This document shows, one piece after another, positions 29,755-39,276 of a stretch of DNA of 61,204 nucleotides. The DNA is taken from NCBI GenBank assembly GCA_016282315.1, contig JAEEKG010000031.1:1-61204 (forward strand), given 5' to 3'. The notes beneath the pieces were generated by a model. The model saw only the letters and a list, made by a program, of their open reading frames with translations. It did not search any database and had not been told where the DNA came from. This stretch comes from Clostridiales bacterium (GTDB taxonomy: Bacteria; Bacillota; Clostridia; Oscillospirales; CAG-272). The stretch's first letter is position 1. Every line of letters starts with the position of its first letter. Both the position numbers and the translations under genes were made by a program.

Positions 29755-30959
29755 CAAGAATTACATCAGGTAAAGCAAAAGGGGTATTTGTGGCTCCGCC
29801 TTCTAAAAGCATGGCTCACAGACTCCTCATATGTGCCGGATTATCTGAGGGCGAAAGCAAAATAGATAACGTCTCTTTTTCCGAAGACATTGAAGCAACC
29901 ATTAATTGTCTTGTTTCATTGGGAGTCAGTGTAAAAAGAAAAGATAATTCTTTGATTATCAAAGGGCAAAAAGAATATAGAATTAACAATGTTTTGAAGT
30001 GTAACGAGAGCGGAAGCACATTGAGATTCTTTATTCCGGTCAGCCTTGCTGTTGCAGGTGGATCAAGTTTTACCGGGACGGAAAAACTGTTGTCCAGACC
30101 TTTAGATGAATATAAGAAGATTTGTTGTGAACAAGGTATATCTTTTGATCGCAAAGACAATGAATTGGTTGTTAGCGGTCACTTGAAAGCGGGAAAATAC
30201 GAAATATCATCTGAAGTCAGCTCACAATTTGCTAGCGGCTTACTGTTTGCTCTACCTCTACTAAAAAACGATAGTGAGATAGTATTTGTTGGAAAAGTAA
30301 ACAGTAAATCATATATAGACATGACAATAAGTGCGCTGAAACAATTCGGAGTAAAAGCGGACTGGAAATCAGAGACCAGCATTTTTATCCGAGGCAATCA
30401 AAAATATGTCGCAAATAATTGCGTTGTTGAAGGAGATTATTCAAATGCTGCCTTCTTTGATGCATTGAATTTCTTGGGTTCTGACATTCAGATCAAAGGC
30501 TTGAACGAAAATAGCCTACAAGGCGACAAAGTGTGTCAAGAGTTTTTTGAAAAAATGTCAGAAGGGTATTGCGAACTGGATATTTCAAATTGTCCCGATT
30601 TGGCACCTATCCTTATGGCTATGGGCGGCGTTTTAAACGGAGTCAAATTGCTTGGAACATCACGGCTCAAAGCTAAAGAGAGTGACAGAGGGGAAGTAAT
30701 GAAAAAGGAACTTGGGAAGTTCGGAATTACTTGCAATGTTTTTGATAATGAGATTGAAGTAAAAAAATCTTCAATACATACACCAAGCGAGCTTATTGAT
30801 TCACATAATGACCACAGAATTGCGATGGCAGCTGCTGTATTGATGACAAAGACAAGCGGAGAAATAAAAAATGCTCAGGCAGTTAACAAAAGCTTTCCTT
30901 CGTTTTTTGAAGAACTGAAGAGATTGGGAATAGGAGTTGAGTCTTTTGAAACTAACTAA
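29748..30959 (+). CDS. aroA: 3-phosphoshikimate 1-carboxyvinyltransferase (EPSP synthase)
   Basis: PPSKSMAHR, GSTLRF and DHRIAMA motifs. Confidence 0.9.
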   Translation: MLTRITSGKAKGVFVAPPSKSMAHRLLICAGLSEGESKIDNVSFSEDIEATINCLVSLGVSVKRKDNSLIIKGQKEYRINNVLKCNESGSTLRFFIPVSLAVAGGSSFTGTEKLLSRPLDEYKKICCEQGISFDRKDNELVVSGHLKAGKYEISSEVSSQFASGLLFALPLLKNDSEIVFVGKVNSKSYIDMTISALKQFGVKADWKSETSIFIRGNQKYVANNCVVEGDYSNAAFFDALNFLGSDIQIKGLNENSLQGDKVCQEFFEKMSEGYCELDISNCPDLAPILMAMGGVLNGVKLLGTSRLKAKESDRGEVMKKELGKFGITCNVFDNEIEVKKSSIHTPSELIDSHNDHRIAMAAAVLMTKTSGEIKNAQAVNKSFPSFFEELKRLGIGVESFETN

Positions 30960-31818
30960 AGATAAGAAGATTCTTATAGTAGGCCTTGGAGTAATTGGGG
31001 CAGCATATGCAGATGCTCTGACTGAAAAAGGCTATTGTGTTCTCGCTATAACAAGAAGTGAAGAAACGCTTGAAATAGCAAGAAATAGAGGCATTATATA
31101 CAAAGGTATAAATAAGCCCGAAAAAGCATTTGTTGAACAAGCGGACGTAATCGTATTTGCTCTCTATCCGCATGTGTTTGAAGAGTGGATTGAGAATTAT
31201 CAGTGGATGATAAAAAGCGGAGCAGTAATTACTGATGTTACAGGTGTCAAGTCTTGCATTGTATATAAGATCCAGGACATGTTAAGAGAAGACATAGAAT
31301 TTGTTCCCGCTCACCCGATGGCCGGTCGTGAGAGCAAAGGAATCAAGTACGCAGATAAAAATGTTTTCAAGAATGCTAACTACATTGTTACCCCGACAGA
31401 TAAGAATACAGAAGAAGCTGTAGAATTGTGTGAGGATCTCGGAAGAGTCTTGGGATTTTTGAAAATATCCAGATTGACTCCTGAAAAACATGATTACATG
31501 ATAGCTTTTCTTTCTCAGCTGACTCACGTTATAGCTGTGTCACTTATGACTGCAGGAGAAGATGATTCGCTATATGACTATTCAGGCGACTCATTCAGAG
31601 ATTTGACTAGAATTGCAAACATAAATGATGAGATGTGGAGTGAATTGTTCACACTGAACAGAGAAGCACTTTTAAAAGAGATAAATAAGTTTGAAATACA
31701 ATTGGATAAAATGAAACAATATATAGATACTGCCGACAAAAACGGCATGCGAGACATGATGAAGCAATCTACTAAAAACAAGCTTGCTTTTGACGAAAAA
31801 TATCGCAAGAAATCGTAA
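30937..31818 (+). CDS. tyrA: Prephenate dehydrogenase
   Basis: Rossmann motif ILIVGLGVIGAAY and HPMAGRE. There is no in-frame ATG near the 5' end. The start is TTG at 30937, or more likely TTG at 30946, 9 nt after AGGAG. Confidence 0.85.
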   Translation: MSLLKLTKDKKILIVGLGVIGAAYADALTEKGYCVLAITRSEETLEIARNRGIIYKGINKPEKAFVEQADVIVFALYPHVFEEWIENYQWMIKSGAVITDVTGVKSCIVYKIQDMLREDIEFVPAHPMAGRESKGIKYADKNVFKNANYIVTPTDKNTEEAVELCEDLGRVLGFLKISRLTPEKHDYMIAFLSQLTHVIAVSLMTAGEDDSLYDYSGDSFRDLTRIANINDEMWSELFTLNREALLKEINKFEIQLDKMKQYIDTADKNGMRDMMKQSTKNKLAFDEKYRKKS

Positions 31819-31832
31819 GGGGGAACTGAGTT

Positions 31833-32861
31833 ATGAATATGGAATTTATAAGAAAACTGCCAATACCTAAGGAGATAAAGGCGCAATACCCCCTCCCTGA
31901 AGAATTTGTGCATTTAAAAGAAGAAAGAGACAAAGAGATTAAAGAAGTCTTTGAAGGAAAAAGCAACAAGATGATTTTGGTCATTGGACCATGTTCAGCC
32001 GATTCCGAAGCTCCTGTACTTGATTACATTAACAGGCTCGCTAAAGTAAACGAAAAAGTCAAAAACAAATTAATTCTCATTCCAAGAATATATACAGGAA
32101 AACCGAGAACAACAGGAACTGGATATAAAGGCCTGCTGCATCAACCTGACCCGTCAGGCAAGCCGAATGCTTTAAAAGGTCTTATTGCTATGAGACAGCT
32201 TCATATGAAAGCAATCACAGAGACTGGTTTGACTTGCGCAGATGAAATGCTGTATCCGGAAAACCACAGATATTTGTCAGATCTTCTCTCATATGTTGCA
32301 GTCGGAGCTCGTTCAGTTGAAGACCAACACCACAGACTCACTTCAAGCGGACTTGATTTGCCTGTAGGAATGAAGAATCCTACAAGCGGAGATTTATCCG
32401 TTATGCTTAATTCGGTAGTTGCTGCCCAGAGTCCTCAGGAATTCATTTACAGAGGATGGGAAGTTAAGACTCATGGTAATCCATATACTCATTGCATTTT
32501 GAGAGGATATGTAAACAAGCACGGAGAATCACATCCAAACTATCACTACGAAGATTTAATGCTTTTATTTGAATTGTATAGCAAGAGAGATTTAATGAAT
32601 CCTGCTGTTATTGTAGACACAAACCACTCTAACTCAGGAAAAAAATATGAAGAGCAGATAAGGATATCCAAAGAAGTGCTGCACAGCTGCAAACTTTCAA
32701 GTGATATACGAAAACTCGTCAAAGGTTTCATGATTGAAAGCTATATTGAAGACGGCTGTCAGAAAATAGGTGAAGGTGTTTACGGAAAATCTATCACAGA
32801 TCCATGCTTAGGATGGGAAAAGAGTGAAAAACTGATTTATGACATCGCAGACTCAATCTAA
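31833..32861 (+). CDS. 3-deoxy-7-phosphoheptulonate (DAHP) synthase, class I
   Basis: IGPCS, KPRTT and GLLHQPD motifs; last gene of the aro cluster. Confidence 0.9.
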   Translation: MNMEFIRKLPIPKEIKAQYPLPEEFVHLKEERDKEIKEVFEGKSNKMILVIGPCSADSEAPVLDYINRLAKVNEKVKNKLILIPRIYTGKPRTTGTGYKGLLHQPDPSGKPNALKGLIAMRQLHMKAITETGLTCADEMLYPENHRYLSDLLSYVAVGARSVEDQHHRLTSSGLDLPVGMKNPTSGDLSVMLNSVVAAQSPQEFIYRGWEVKTHGNPYTHCILRGYVNKHGESHPNYHYEDLMLLFELYSKRDLMNPAVIVDTNHSNSGKKYEEQIRISKEVLHSCKLSSDIRKLVKGFMIESYIEDGCQKIGEGVYGKSITDPCLGWEKSEKLIYDIADSI

Positions 32862-33774
32862 TTCAGAAAACAAAAGCTACGGGTTTATTGCTTCCGTACT
32901 TTTGGTTTTATTGTGCAGTGTTATCTGGGGAGTTGCACCTATATTCTGGAAACAATTGACAACCAGAATAGTCGATTCCTGGTACACATTCTGCACAAGA
33001 GCAGTTTTTTCTTGCTTCTGGAGTTTTTTGCTTGTATTGGTTACAGGTAAAATGGCGGAAGTCAAGAGATTGTTCAAATCGAAAAAAGAAATACTGATTA
33101 TTGCTCTTGGCGGAGTTATGACAGCTGCCAACTGGGCTTTGTACATATTGACAGTTGCTACGGATAGGATCAAAGAGGGAAGCCTTGCTTATTTTATCGG
33201 TCCAATTCTATTTGTTGTCACAGGTTTATTCATGTTCAAGGAGAAACCGACAATAGCTCAATGGATTGCAGTTGTAACGGCAGTTGCAGGTGTAGCTATT
33301 GCAGTAGTTGCTGGTGGAGATTTCCCGTATTTGGCAATACTGATAGCTATCGCATACATTATCTACAGTTCAGTAATGAAATTTGTCAAAGCAGATCCGG
33401 CTGTTCTTCTGTTTTTGGAAACACTTACAGTATTGCCCTTTACGCTCGGGTACATAATCTTTGATGAAATAAACGGCAAAGGTGCACTTGCAAACTTGTC
33501 GGGTTTTCAATTCCTACTGCTTCCGGGAGCAGGTCTGATGACTCTTGTGCCTCTGCTTTGTCTTGCAAAAGGAATAAAGGGCATAAGCTATTCGTTATCC
33601 GGAATGATAGGATATGTCAATCCGACTTTACAAATGATTGTTGCAGTATTTATCTATCAAGAAGTGATTGACAAAACAGATTTAATCACGTACATATTCG
33701 TTTGGATTGCTGTCGTTATATTCGTTGTTGATTCATTCATACAGAATAAAAAACAACAAAAGCTAAGTACATAA
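32839..33774 (+). CDS. rarD: EamA/RarD-family (drug/metabolite transporter) permease
   Basis: Ten predicted TM helices. The N-terminus ...VIWGVAPIFWKQL is typical of RarD. It overlaps the DAHP synthase end by 23 nt. Confidence 0.7.
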   Translation: MTSQTQSNSENKSYGFIASVLLVLLCSVIWGVAPIFWKQLTTRIVDSWYTFCTRAVFSCFWSFLLVLVTGKMAEVKRLFKSKKEILIIALGGVMTAANWALYILTVATDRIKEGSLAYFIGPILFVVTGLFMFKEKPTIAQWIAVVTAVAGVAIAVVAGGDFPYLAILIAIAYIIYSSVMKFVKADPAVLLFLETLTVLPFTLGYIIFDEINGKGALANLSGFQFLLLPGAGLMTLVPLLCLAKGIKGISYSLSGMIGYVNPTLQMIVAVFIYQEVIDKTDLITYIFVWIAVVIFVVDSFIQNKKQQKLST

Positions 33775-33776
33775 TT

Positions 33777-33810
33777 AAGGATGCTCACTTTTCAGGGGCA
33801 TCCTTTTTTT
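33777..33810 (+). terminator. Rho-independent terminator ending the aro/rarD transcription unit
   Basis: AAGGATGC / GCATCCTT stem followed by a T-run. Confidence 0.7.
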
Positions 33811-33818
33811 GGCAAATC

Positions 33819-33847
33819 TTGAAAAATCGCGCGCATATATATATAAT
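33819..33847 (+). promoter_or_regulatory. Sigma-A-type promoter for hprK
   Basis: TTGAAA, 17 nt spacer, TATAAT. Confidence 0.45.
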
Positions 33848-33879
33848 TATAGTGGAAAAATATCGACTAGGAGACATAT

Positions 33880-34848
33880 ATGGCAGATTTCATGGAGAGT
33901 TCCGTCGTAGGTTACGAAGAAAAACTGGGTGTAATTATTGATGGACAGAAGTTAGAAGTAATCTGGGGCCCTGAGAATATTCGCGATTGCAGAGTTAAGA
34001 GTTCTGATGTTAACAGACCGGGACTTGCTTTGAACGGCTTTTTTGACTGCTTTGATGCAAACAGAATTCAATTGTTGGGAAATGCTGAGTTTGCCTTTTT
34101 GAATTCTTGTACATCGAGCCAGCGACAGGAAAAGTTTGATGCATTGTGCTCACAGGGCATACCTGCAATCATTATTACTCGCGACCTTCCTCCTTTCGAA
34201 GAATTGTTAAGAGCTGCGGAAAAATATAATGTTCCTGTATTGAGAACGAAAGAACATACTTCCAGATTCCAAGCGGGATTGATAGCTGATCTCAACGTCA
34301 GATTGGCACCGAGAATTACAAGACACGGTGTTCTTGTTGATGTTTATGGTGTCGGTATTTTGATTATGGGAGAATCCGGAATAGGTAAGAGTGAAACTGC
34401 TATAGAACTAGTCAAGAGAGGACATAGGCTAATTGCGGATGACGCAGTAGAAATAAAGAGAGTTTCCGAAAAAACATTGGTAGGTTCAGCGCCTGACATT
34501 ATCAAACACTATATCGAACTAAGAGGTATCGGAATTGTAGATATCCAGAGATTGTTTGGTGTTGGTGCTGTTGAAGATACGGAAAAAATAGACCTGGTTA
34601 TTAAACTCGAAGCATGGGATAGAGAAAGGTCATATGACAGACTCGGAGACGAGGATGAAAGAACAGATATCCTCGGAATTGAGGTGCCTACTATCACAAT
34701 ACCGATAAGACCCGGCCGTAACTTAGCTATCATTTTGGAAATTGCTGCAATGGAGAGCAGACAAAAAGCAAATGGTTACAACACCATAGAAGAATTCAAC
34801 AAAAGACTTGAAGAGCATATAAAAGCAGAACAGGACAATAATAAATGA
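33880..34848 (+). CDS. hprK: HPr kinase/phosphorylase
   Basis: GESGIGKSETAIEL P-loop and IELRGIGIVD signature. Confidence 0.95.
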   Translation: MADFMESSVVGYEEKLGVIIDGQKLEVIWGPENIRDCRVKSSDVNRPGLALNGFFDCFDANRIQLLGNAEFAFLNSCTSSQRQEKFDALCSQGIPAIIITRDLPPFEELLRAAEKYNVPVLRTKEHTSRFQAGLIADLNVRLAPRITRHGVLVDVYGVGILIMGESGIGKSETAIELVKRGHRLIADDAVEIKRVSEKTLVGSAPDIIKHYIELRGIGIVDIQRLFGVGAVEDTEKIDLVIKLEAWDRERSYDRLGDEDERTDILGIEVPTITIPIRPGRNLAIILEIAAMESRQKANGYNTIEEFNKRLEEHIKAEQDNNK

Positions 34849-35960
34849 ACGAAGATTTAGAAACGAAAAAAGAGTTTAATCCAATGCCTCTGATTTCATC
34901 AGCGGTTGTATTGTTGTGCTCAACTTTAGCTTCTTTCATTTTTTCAACCACTTGGTTATTGATTGGCATTGTTCCGCTGATGATTGCAGCATCTGAGTTT
35001 TCAAAGTTGATAATTACAAAACAGACAGTTTTCAGTTTGATTGTAAGTCCGTTATCTATAGCTCTGATGGCTTTGATACAGGTATTTGTCAAATCCGGAA
35101 TGTATCCTGTTGTTATGGCAGGTTCATTCATTGTGGCAGGAGCTGTTTTGGCAATTGCAGCTGAGCACAATCTGGGTAGACTAGCCACAAATATTATCAT
35201 AGCTTCTATATATGGAGTGTTTTTCATAGGAGCTGCTTTCCTGGCTTACGTAAATGCGGGATTGGAAGTTTCAATTGATGGTTTTAAAGATTTCTTTAAC
35301 ACTACCATGAATCAGGTTCAGACAAATTTAAAAGACTCTTTATACAATCTCTTCAGCAATAATCCTTACACTGCAAGTATCAGTAACTTAGATGAGTATG
35401 TTACCGAAATGACTACTTCTTTAGTATTTACATTCAAAGCAGTTTTCGTTGTTGTATTTATCGCTATACTGGAGTTCATGGGTCATTTTACAGCTGGTTT
35501 TTATGTATTTACTGCTAAGAGAACCGGGCTTGAGATAATTGTTCCTCTTGGAGGATGGTTGATTGAAATGTCTCACATTTCAGCAATTGTATTCTTTATT
35601 TCCGAAGCTGCTTACTTTGTTTTCTATCTGTTGGGATTTTTTGGGGCAGCAGTGGACATACCTTACATAATTGCCATAAACTTTATCATTGTTCTGATGC
35701 CAAACCTTATATTCTTGGGACTGCAAAGAATGTTCATAAGAAGACCTGGTCAGAACAAAAGAAGAATTCCAATTTGGATTTTCATCATTTTGTTGTTCAT
35801 AGCTCCATTCCTGTTGCTTATTTTCCTTGCGTCAATCGGTGCTCTGAGCATCTACAATGACTACAGAAAGAAAAAACTCGAAGAAATGAAAAATGATGAA
35901 GATCATTTTGATGATTTTAATGACAACAACGACAATAACGACAATAACGATTATCAATGA
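34845..35960 (+). CDS. YybS-like (DUF2232) polytopic membrane protein
   Basis: Multi-TM protein directly upstream of gdpP, as yybS is in Bacillus; ATGA overlap with hprK. Confidence 0.6.
   Translation: MNEDLETKKEFNPMPLISSAVVLLCSTLASFIFSTTWLLIGIVPLMIAASEFSKLIITKQTVFSLIVSPLSIALMALIQVFVKSGMYPVVMAGSFIVAGAVLAIAAEHNLGRLATNIIIASIYGVFFIGAAFLAYVNAGLEVSIDGFKDFFNTTMNQVQTNLKDSLYNLFSNNPYTASISNLDEYVTEMTTSLVFTFKAVFVVVFIAILEFMGHFTAGFYVFTAKRTGLEIIVPLGGWLIEMSHISAIVFFISEAAYFVFYLLGFFGAAVDIPYIIAINFIIVLMPNLIFLGLQRMFIRRPGQNKRRIPIWIFIILLFIAPFLLLIFLASIGALSIYNDYRKKKLEEMKNDEDHFDDFNDNNDNNDNNDYQ
35922..35948 (+). repeat. In-frame 9-nt tandem repeat (GACAAYAAC x3) encoding DNN-DNN-DNN
   Basis: Read directly: gacaacaac gacaataac gacaataac. 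Confidence 0.85.
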
Positions 35961-36010
35961 ATCGAAAATAATATAAGGAGAAAAGAACGCTATTCGTTCT
36001 TTGCAAATTG

Positions 36011-38083
36011 ATGAAAGAAAGCAATAGAAAACGAGCAAAGATGACTCGACATCAAATTGACTCACTAGTAATAAAAATAGTGGCAGCAGTTCTTTTGCTG
36101 GTTGATTTGGCGTTTGTCTATTTCAAATTTTACCCTCTCAATGTTGTAATCCTATCCATAATTGTCTATGCGATTGTGGTATTGATTATTTTTATAAAGA
36201 ATGTATCTTTCAAAAAAACAATGAGGGGTGTGGCAGAACAAAGAAATTCTGCTTTTGAAAATTTAACACTTGAGTGCATCAGACATTTGTATATGCCTGT
36301 AATAATTTGTTCTAGTGATGAAAAAGTTATTTGGCATAACGAAGTTATGTCAAAACTGAGAAAGAATCAGACTCCTGCATATGGACAATTTTTGGATACG
36401 TTTTGTGATACCACGCTTGAAAGAATCATGATTGGTGACAAGACAGTTGAAGGAGAGGCTCCTAACGAAGACGGAGTAGTGGTTCATTTCACTGATTCAA
36501 CAAATGCTGAATATCACCTTGGAAGAACATATAAGGCAAAAGGTTATTCTGTTAGAACAGAAGATGATGAAATCTTTATGGTTGTGTTCAGAGATATTAC
36601 AGACATAATCAATCTCGGAAAAGAGATGGATGACAGAGATGTTGTTGTAGCATATGTTGTAATAGATAACGTTGAAGAAATCCAAAAGCTGGAGCAATCC
36701 GTTGACAGCACAGCTACAATAGAAATCAACAGCATATTAAGACGTGTATTTGAAGATGAGCTTGATGGCGTCATTAAAGAAAATGGTAAGTACAGATATA
36801 TTTGTGTTTTCGACAGAGAAAACATGAAAAAACTTACAGATTCCAAGTTTGCTGTTCTTGATGATGTAAAATCCATTTCCAATTCAAGTTCCAGCGTTCC
36901 TCTGACTATATCAATCGGTGTCGGAGCATGTGAAGGAACTTTAGCTGAAAAAGAAACATTTGCACAATCAGCTCTTGACCTTGCATTGCAAAGAGGCGGA
37001 GATCAGGCTGTTATCAAGACTCAGGAAGAGACATCATATTTCGGCGGAAGAGCAAAAACTTCACCGAAGGGAAGCAGCGTAAGATCCAGAGTAATTGCAA
37101 TGGAATTTGAACAACTCATTAAGAAGAGTTCAAATGTACTTGTAATGGGACATAAAAATGCAGATTATGATGCATTGGGTTCTTGTCTTGCCGTTTCCAG
37201 AATTGCAAAATACCTTGGTGTTAAGGTTAACATTGTTGCCAATGTCAATGATGAAAACTTAGCTCCTGCATTTTCAAAGTTGGATGGAGAAGAGTACGAC
37301 AACTTGTTTGTAGATGCAGTTGAGGCTCAGGATTTGCTCAAGAGTGAAACCCTGACTGTCTTGGTAGACGTAAACAACCTTGCAATTTGTGAAGCACCTG
37401 ATGTTGTATCCAATTCAAGCAACTTCGTCATTATAGACCACCACAGAAAAGTTGCTGAATATGATGTTAAACCGAGTATCCAGTACATAGAGCCAACAGC
37501 TTCTTCAGCCGCTGAATTAATGTCGGAATTCTTGCAGCAGTTGTTGCCGCCTAATGAGCTTCCTAAGGTTGAAGCAGATATTCTGTTAGCAGGTATAGTT
37601 CTTGATACAAAACGTTTCTCACATAATACAGGTATTAGAACATTTAATGCCGCTCTTTACTTGAGAAGCCAAAATGCTGATCCTAGCGATGTAAATGAAA
37701 TGTTCAAGACAGATATCAAAGATTTGATTAGAGAAGCTAAGTATGAAAACAGTGTAGTCATTTACAAATCTGTAACGGCTATTGCTCTGAATGAAAACGA
37801 AGATAACTCACCGCTTGCCAGAATCAGTGCTGCAAAAGCAGCTGACAGGTTGCTTACAGTTAACGGCGTTCAAGCTTCATTTGCTTTGTGTAAGACAAAT
37901 GATACAGTATTTATAAGCGCAAGATCTCAAGGATATATCAATGTTCAGTTGATTCTTGAAAAAATGGGCGGCGGAGGCCATTACGATGCTGCCGGTGCAC
38001 AGGTTACTGCAACTTCAACGAACACTGTATTGAGAAAACTTAAAGAAGCCATTGATGAATATTTAAACGAAAATAGTTTGTAA
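36011..38083 (+). CDS. gdpP: Cyclic-di-AMP phosphodiesterase GdpP (2 TM, PAS-like, degenerate GGDEF, DHH/DHHA1)
   Basis: Two N-terminal TM helices, then MGHKNADYDALGS, IIDHHRK and the C-terminal GGGGH of DHHA1. The first ATG is at 36011; the track start at 36008 is TTG. Confidence 0.85.
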   Translation: MKESNRKRAKMTRHQIDSLVIKIVAAVLLLVDLAFVYFKFYPLNVVILSIIVYAIVVLIIFIKNVSFKKTMRGVAEQRNSAFENLTLECIRHLYMPVIICSSDEKVIWHNEVMSKLRKNQTPAYGQFLDTFCDTTLERIMIGDKTVEGEAPNEDGVVVHFTDSTNAEYHLGRTYKAKGYSVRTEDDEIFMVVFRDITDIINLGKEMDDRDVVVAYVVIDNVEEIQKLEQSVDSTATIEINSILRRVFEDELDGVIKENGKYRYICVFDRENMKKLTDSKFAVLDDVKSISNSSSSVPLTISIGVGACEGTLAEKETFAQSALDLALQRGGDQAVIKTQEETSYFGGRAKTSPKGSSVRSRVIAMEFEQLIKKSSNVLVMGHKNADYDALGSCLAVSRIAKYLGVKVNIVANVNDENLAPAFSKLDGEEYDNLFVDAVEAQDLLKSETLTVLVDVNNLAICEAPDVVSNSSNFVIIDHHRKVAEYDVKPSIQYIEPTASSAAELMSEFLQQLLPPNELPKVEADILLAGIVLDTKRFSHNTGIRTFNAALYLRSQNADPSDVNEMFKTDIKDLIREAKYENSVVIYKSVTAIALNENEDNSPLARISAAKAADRLLTVNGVQASFALCKTNDTVFISARSQGYINVQLILEKMGGGGHYDAAGAQVTATSTNTVLRKLKEAIDEYLNENSL

Positions 38084-38099
38084 AAAAGTGGGGGTTAGC

Positions 38100-38195
38100 A
38101 TGAAATTCAAAATCATATTTATTATTGTGGGATTGATACTCGCTGTAGCTTCGTTTGCGCTTCTCGAGTATCTTCATGCCAAGGGATATTTTTGA
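38100..38195 (+). CDS. Possible 31-aa hydrophobic peptide MKFKIIFIIVGLILAVASFALLEYLHAKGYF
   Basis: GTGGGGG SD-like sequence 5 nt before the ATG, and a single TM helix. It is below the ORF-track threshold and has no other support. Confidence 0.3.
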   Translation: MKFKIIFIIVGLILAVASFALLEYLHAKGYF

Positions 38196-38243
38196 TAACA
38201 ATTATTCTCTAATCATATTTGTTCACCAATATAATTGGTGCTC

Positions 38244-38272
38244 TTGACATAAACATACTAAAATGGTATGAT
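38244..38272 (+). promoter_or_regulatory. Orphan near-consensus promoter with an extended -10
   Basis: TTGACA (38244-38249), 17 nt spacer, TGgTATGAT (-10 at 38267-38272). No ORF follows. Confidence 0.4.
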
Positions 38273-38287
38273 TATAGACAAAGAAAA

Positions 38288-38341
38288 GGAGCTGTCTAAA
38301 AACCTAAATTTTTTTAGGTGGACAAACAGCTCCCACTTTTT
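38288..38341. terminator. Bidirectional terminator (nested hairpin)
   Basis: The outer stem is GGAGCTGT / ACAGCTCC and the inner stem is CCTAAA / TTTAGG. T-runs follow on both strands. Confidence 0.6.
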
Positions 38342-38348
38342 ACCCTTC

Positions 38349-38388
38349 AACAGATGTTTTTTTCTTTGATTAAATCATCTGTTTTTTT
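38349..38388 (+). terminator. Second hairpin plus T7
   Basis: AACAGATG / CATCTGTT stem followed by TTTTT. Confidence 0.5.
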
Positions 38389-38424
38389 GTTCAATTTGGG
38401 TTTTTAAACAGCCCCTAATATTTT

Positions 38425-39273
38425 CTATAGAATTGTTATTGTCGATTTCATTGAATACTCTTTTCCTTTATCAATTTTGATAATACCTTTTTTGTTTTCA
38501 AGTTCAGAACAAGAAAACCTTTCGATTGAACCGGTCCACGGTTCTATGCACACATATGGAGCATTTGAAATTGACCATATCCATATCACACCTTGTTTTC
38601 CGAAAGTGTGCTTAAGGAATGGTTTTTTATTTTTGTCATATAAAATGACAGAACCGGAATTCGGACCTTCTATAGATATTGTTTTATCGCCGTCAAAAGT
38701 ATTTTTTGAAATATCCAGATATCTATTTTCGCGAAAATACATTTTTGATTCAGTGTCTGTTATAGCTGTTTCTCCGCTGTAATAAATAATATCAGGTTCT
38801 TCTTTTTCAAACTCAACCATTCCGCCTATATCGATATTATACCCAGGATGAAATCCTATTGAAGAGTACATTGGAGTGTCACCCATATTTTTAATGCTGA
38901 AACTGATACTCAGACTGCTTTCAAATATAGAAAAGACAATTGATAATGAATAATCAAAAGGATACATGCTTTTTGTTTCATCATCCTGAATAAGAGTCAA
39001 TTCTACGCTTGATGAAGAAATATATCTGCTTGAAAACATTTTTTTGCTGGCAAATCCGTGTTTTGGCATTTTATATTCTTTTCCATCAAACACATACTTG
39101 TCCTGATACACTCTTCCGACTGCTGGGAAAAGCACCGGTGCATGGCCTCCCCAATGATATGGTTTGTCTTGCCAAATAAACTCTCTTCCCGTCTTAATAT
39201 CTACTAATGATGTCAGTTCTGCGCCTAACTCATTAATCATGACGGATATATTGTTGTTTGACATGACTAACAT
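38425..39273 (-). CDS. Aldose 1-epimerase family protein
   Basis: Mutarotase-like pattern (...HWGGHAPVLFPAVGR..., GFHPGYN, EPWTG); GGAGG 8 nt before the ATG. Confidence 0.8.
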   Translation of the reverse strand: MLVMSNNNISVMINELGAELTSLVDIKTGREFIWQDKPYHWGGHAPVLFPAVGRVYQDKYVFDGKEYKMPKHGFASKKMFSSRYISSSSVELTLIQDDETKSMYPFDYSLSIVFSIFESSLSISFSIKNMGDTPMYSSIGFHPGYNIDIGGMVEFEKEEPDIIYYSGETAITDTESKMYFRENRYLDISKNTFDGDKTISIEGPNSGSVILYDKNKKPFLKHTFGKQGVIWIWSISNAPYVCIEPWTGSIERFSCSELENKKGIIKIDKGKEYSMKSTITIL

Positions 39274-39276
39274 AAG

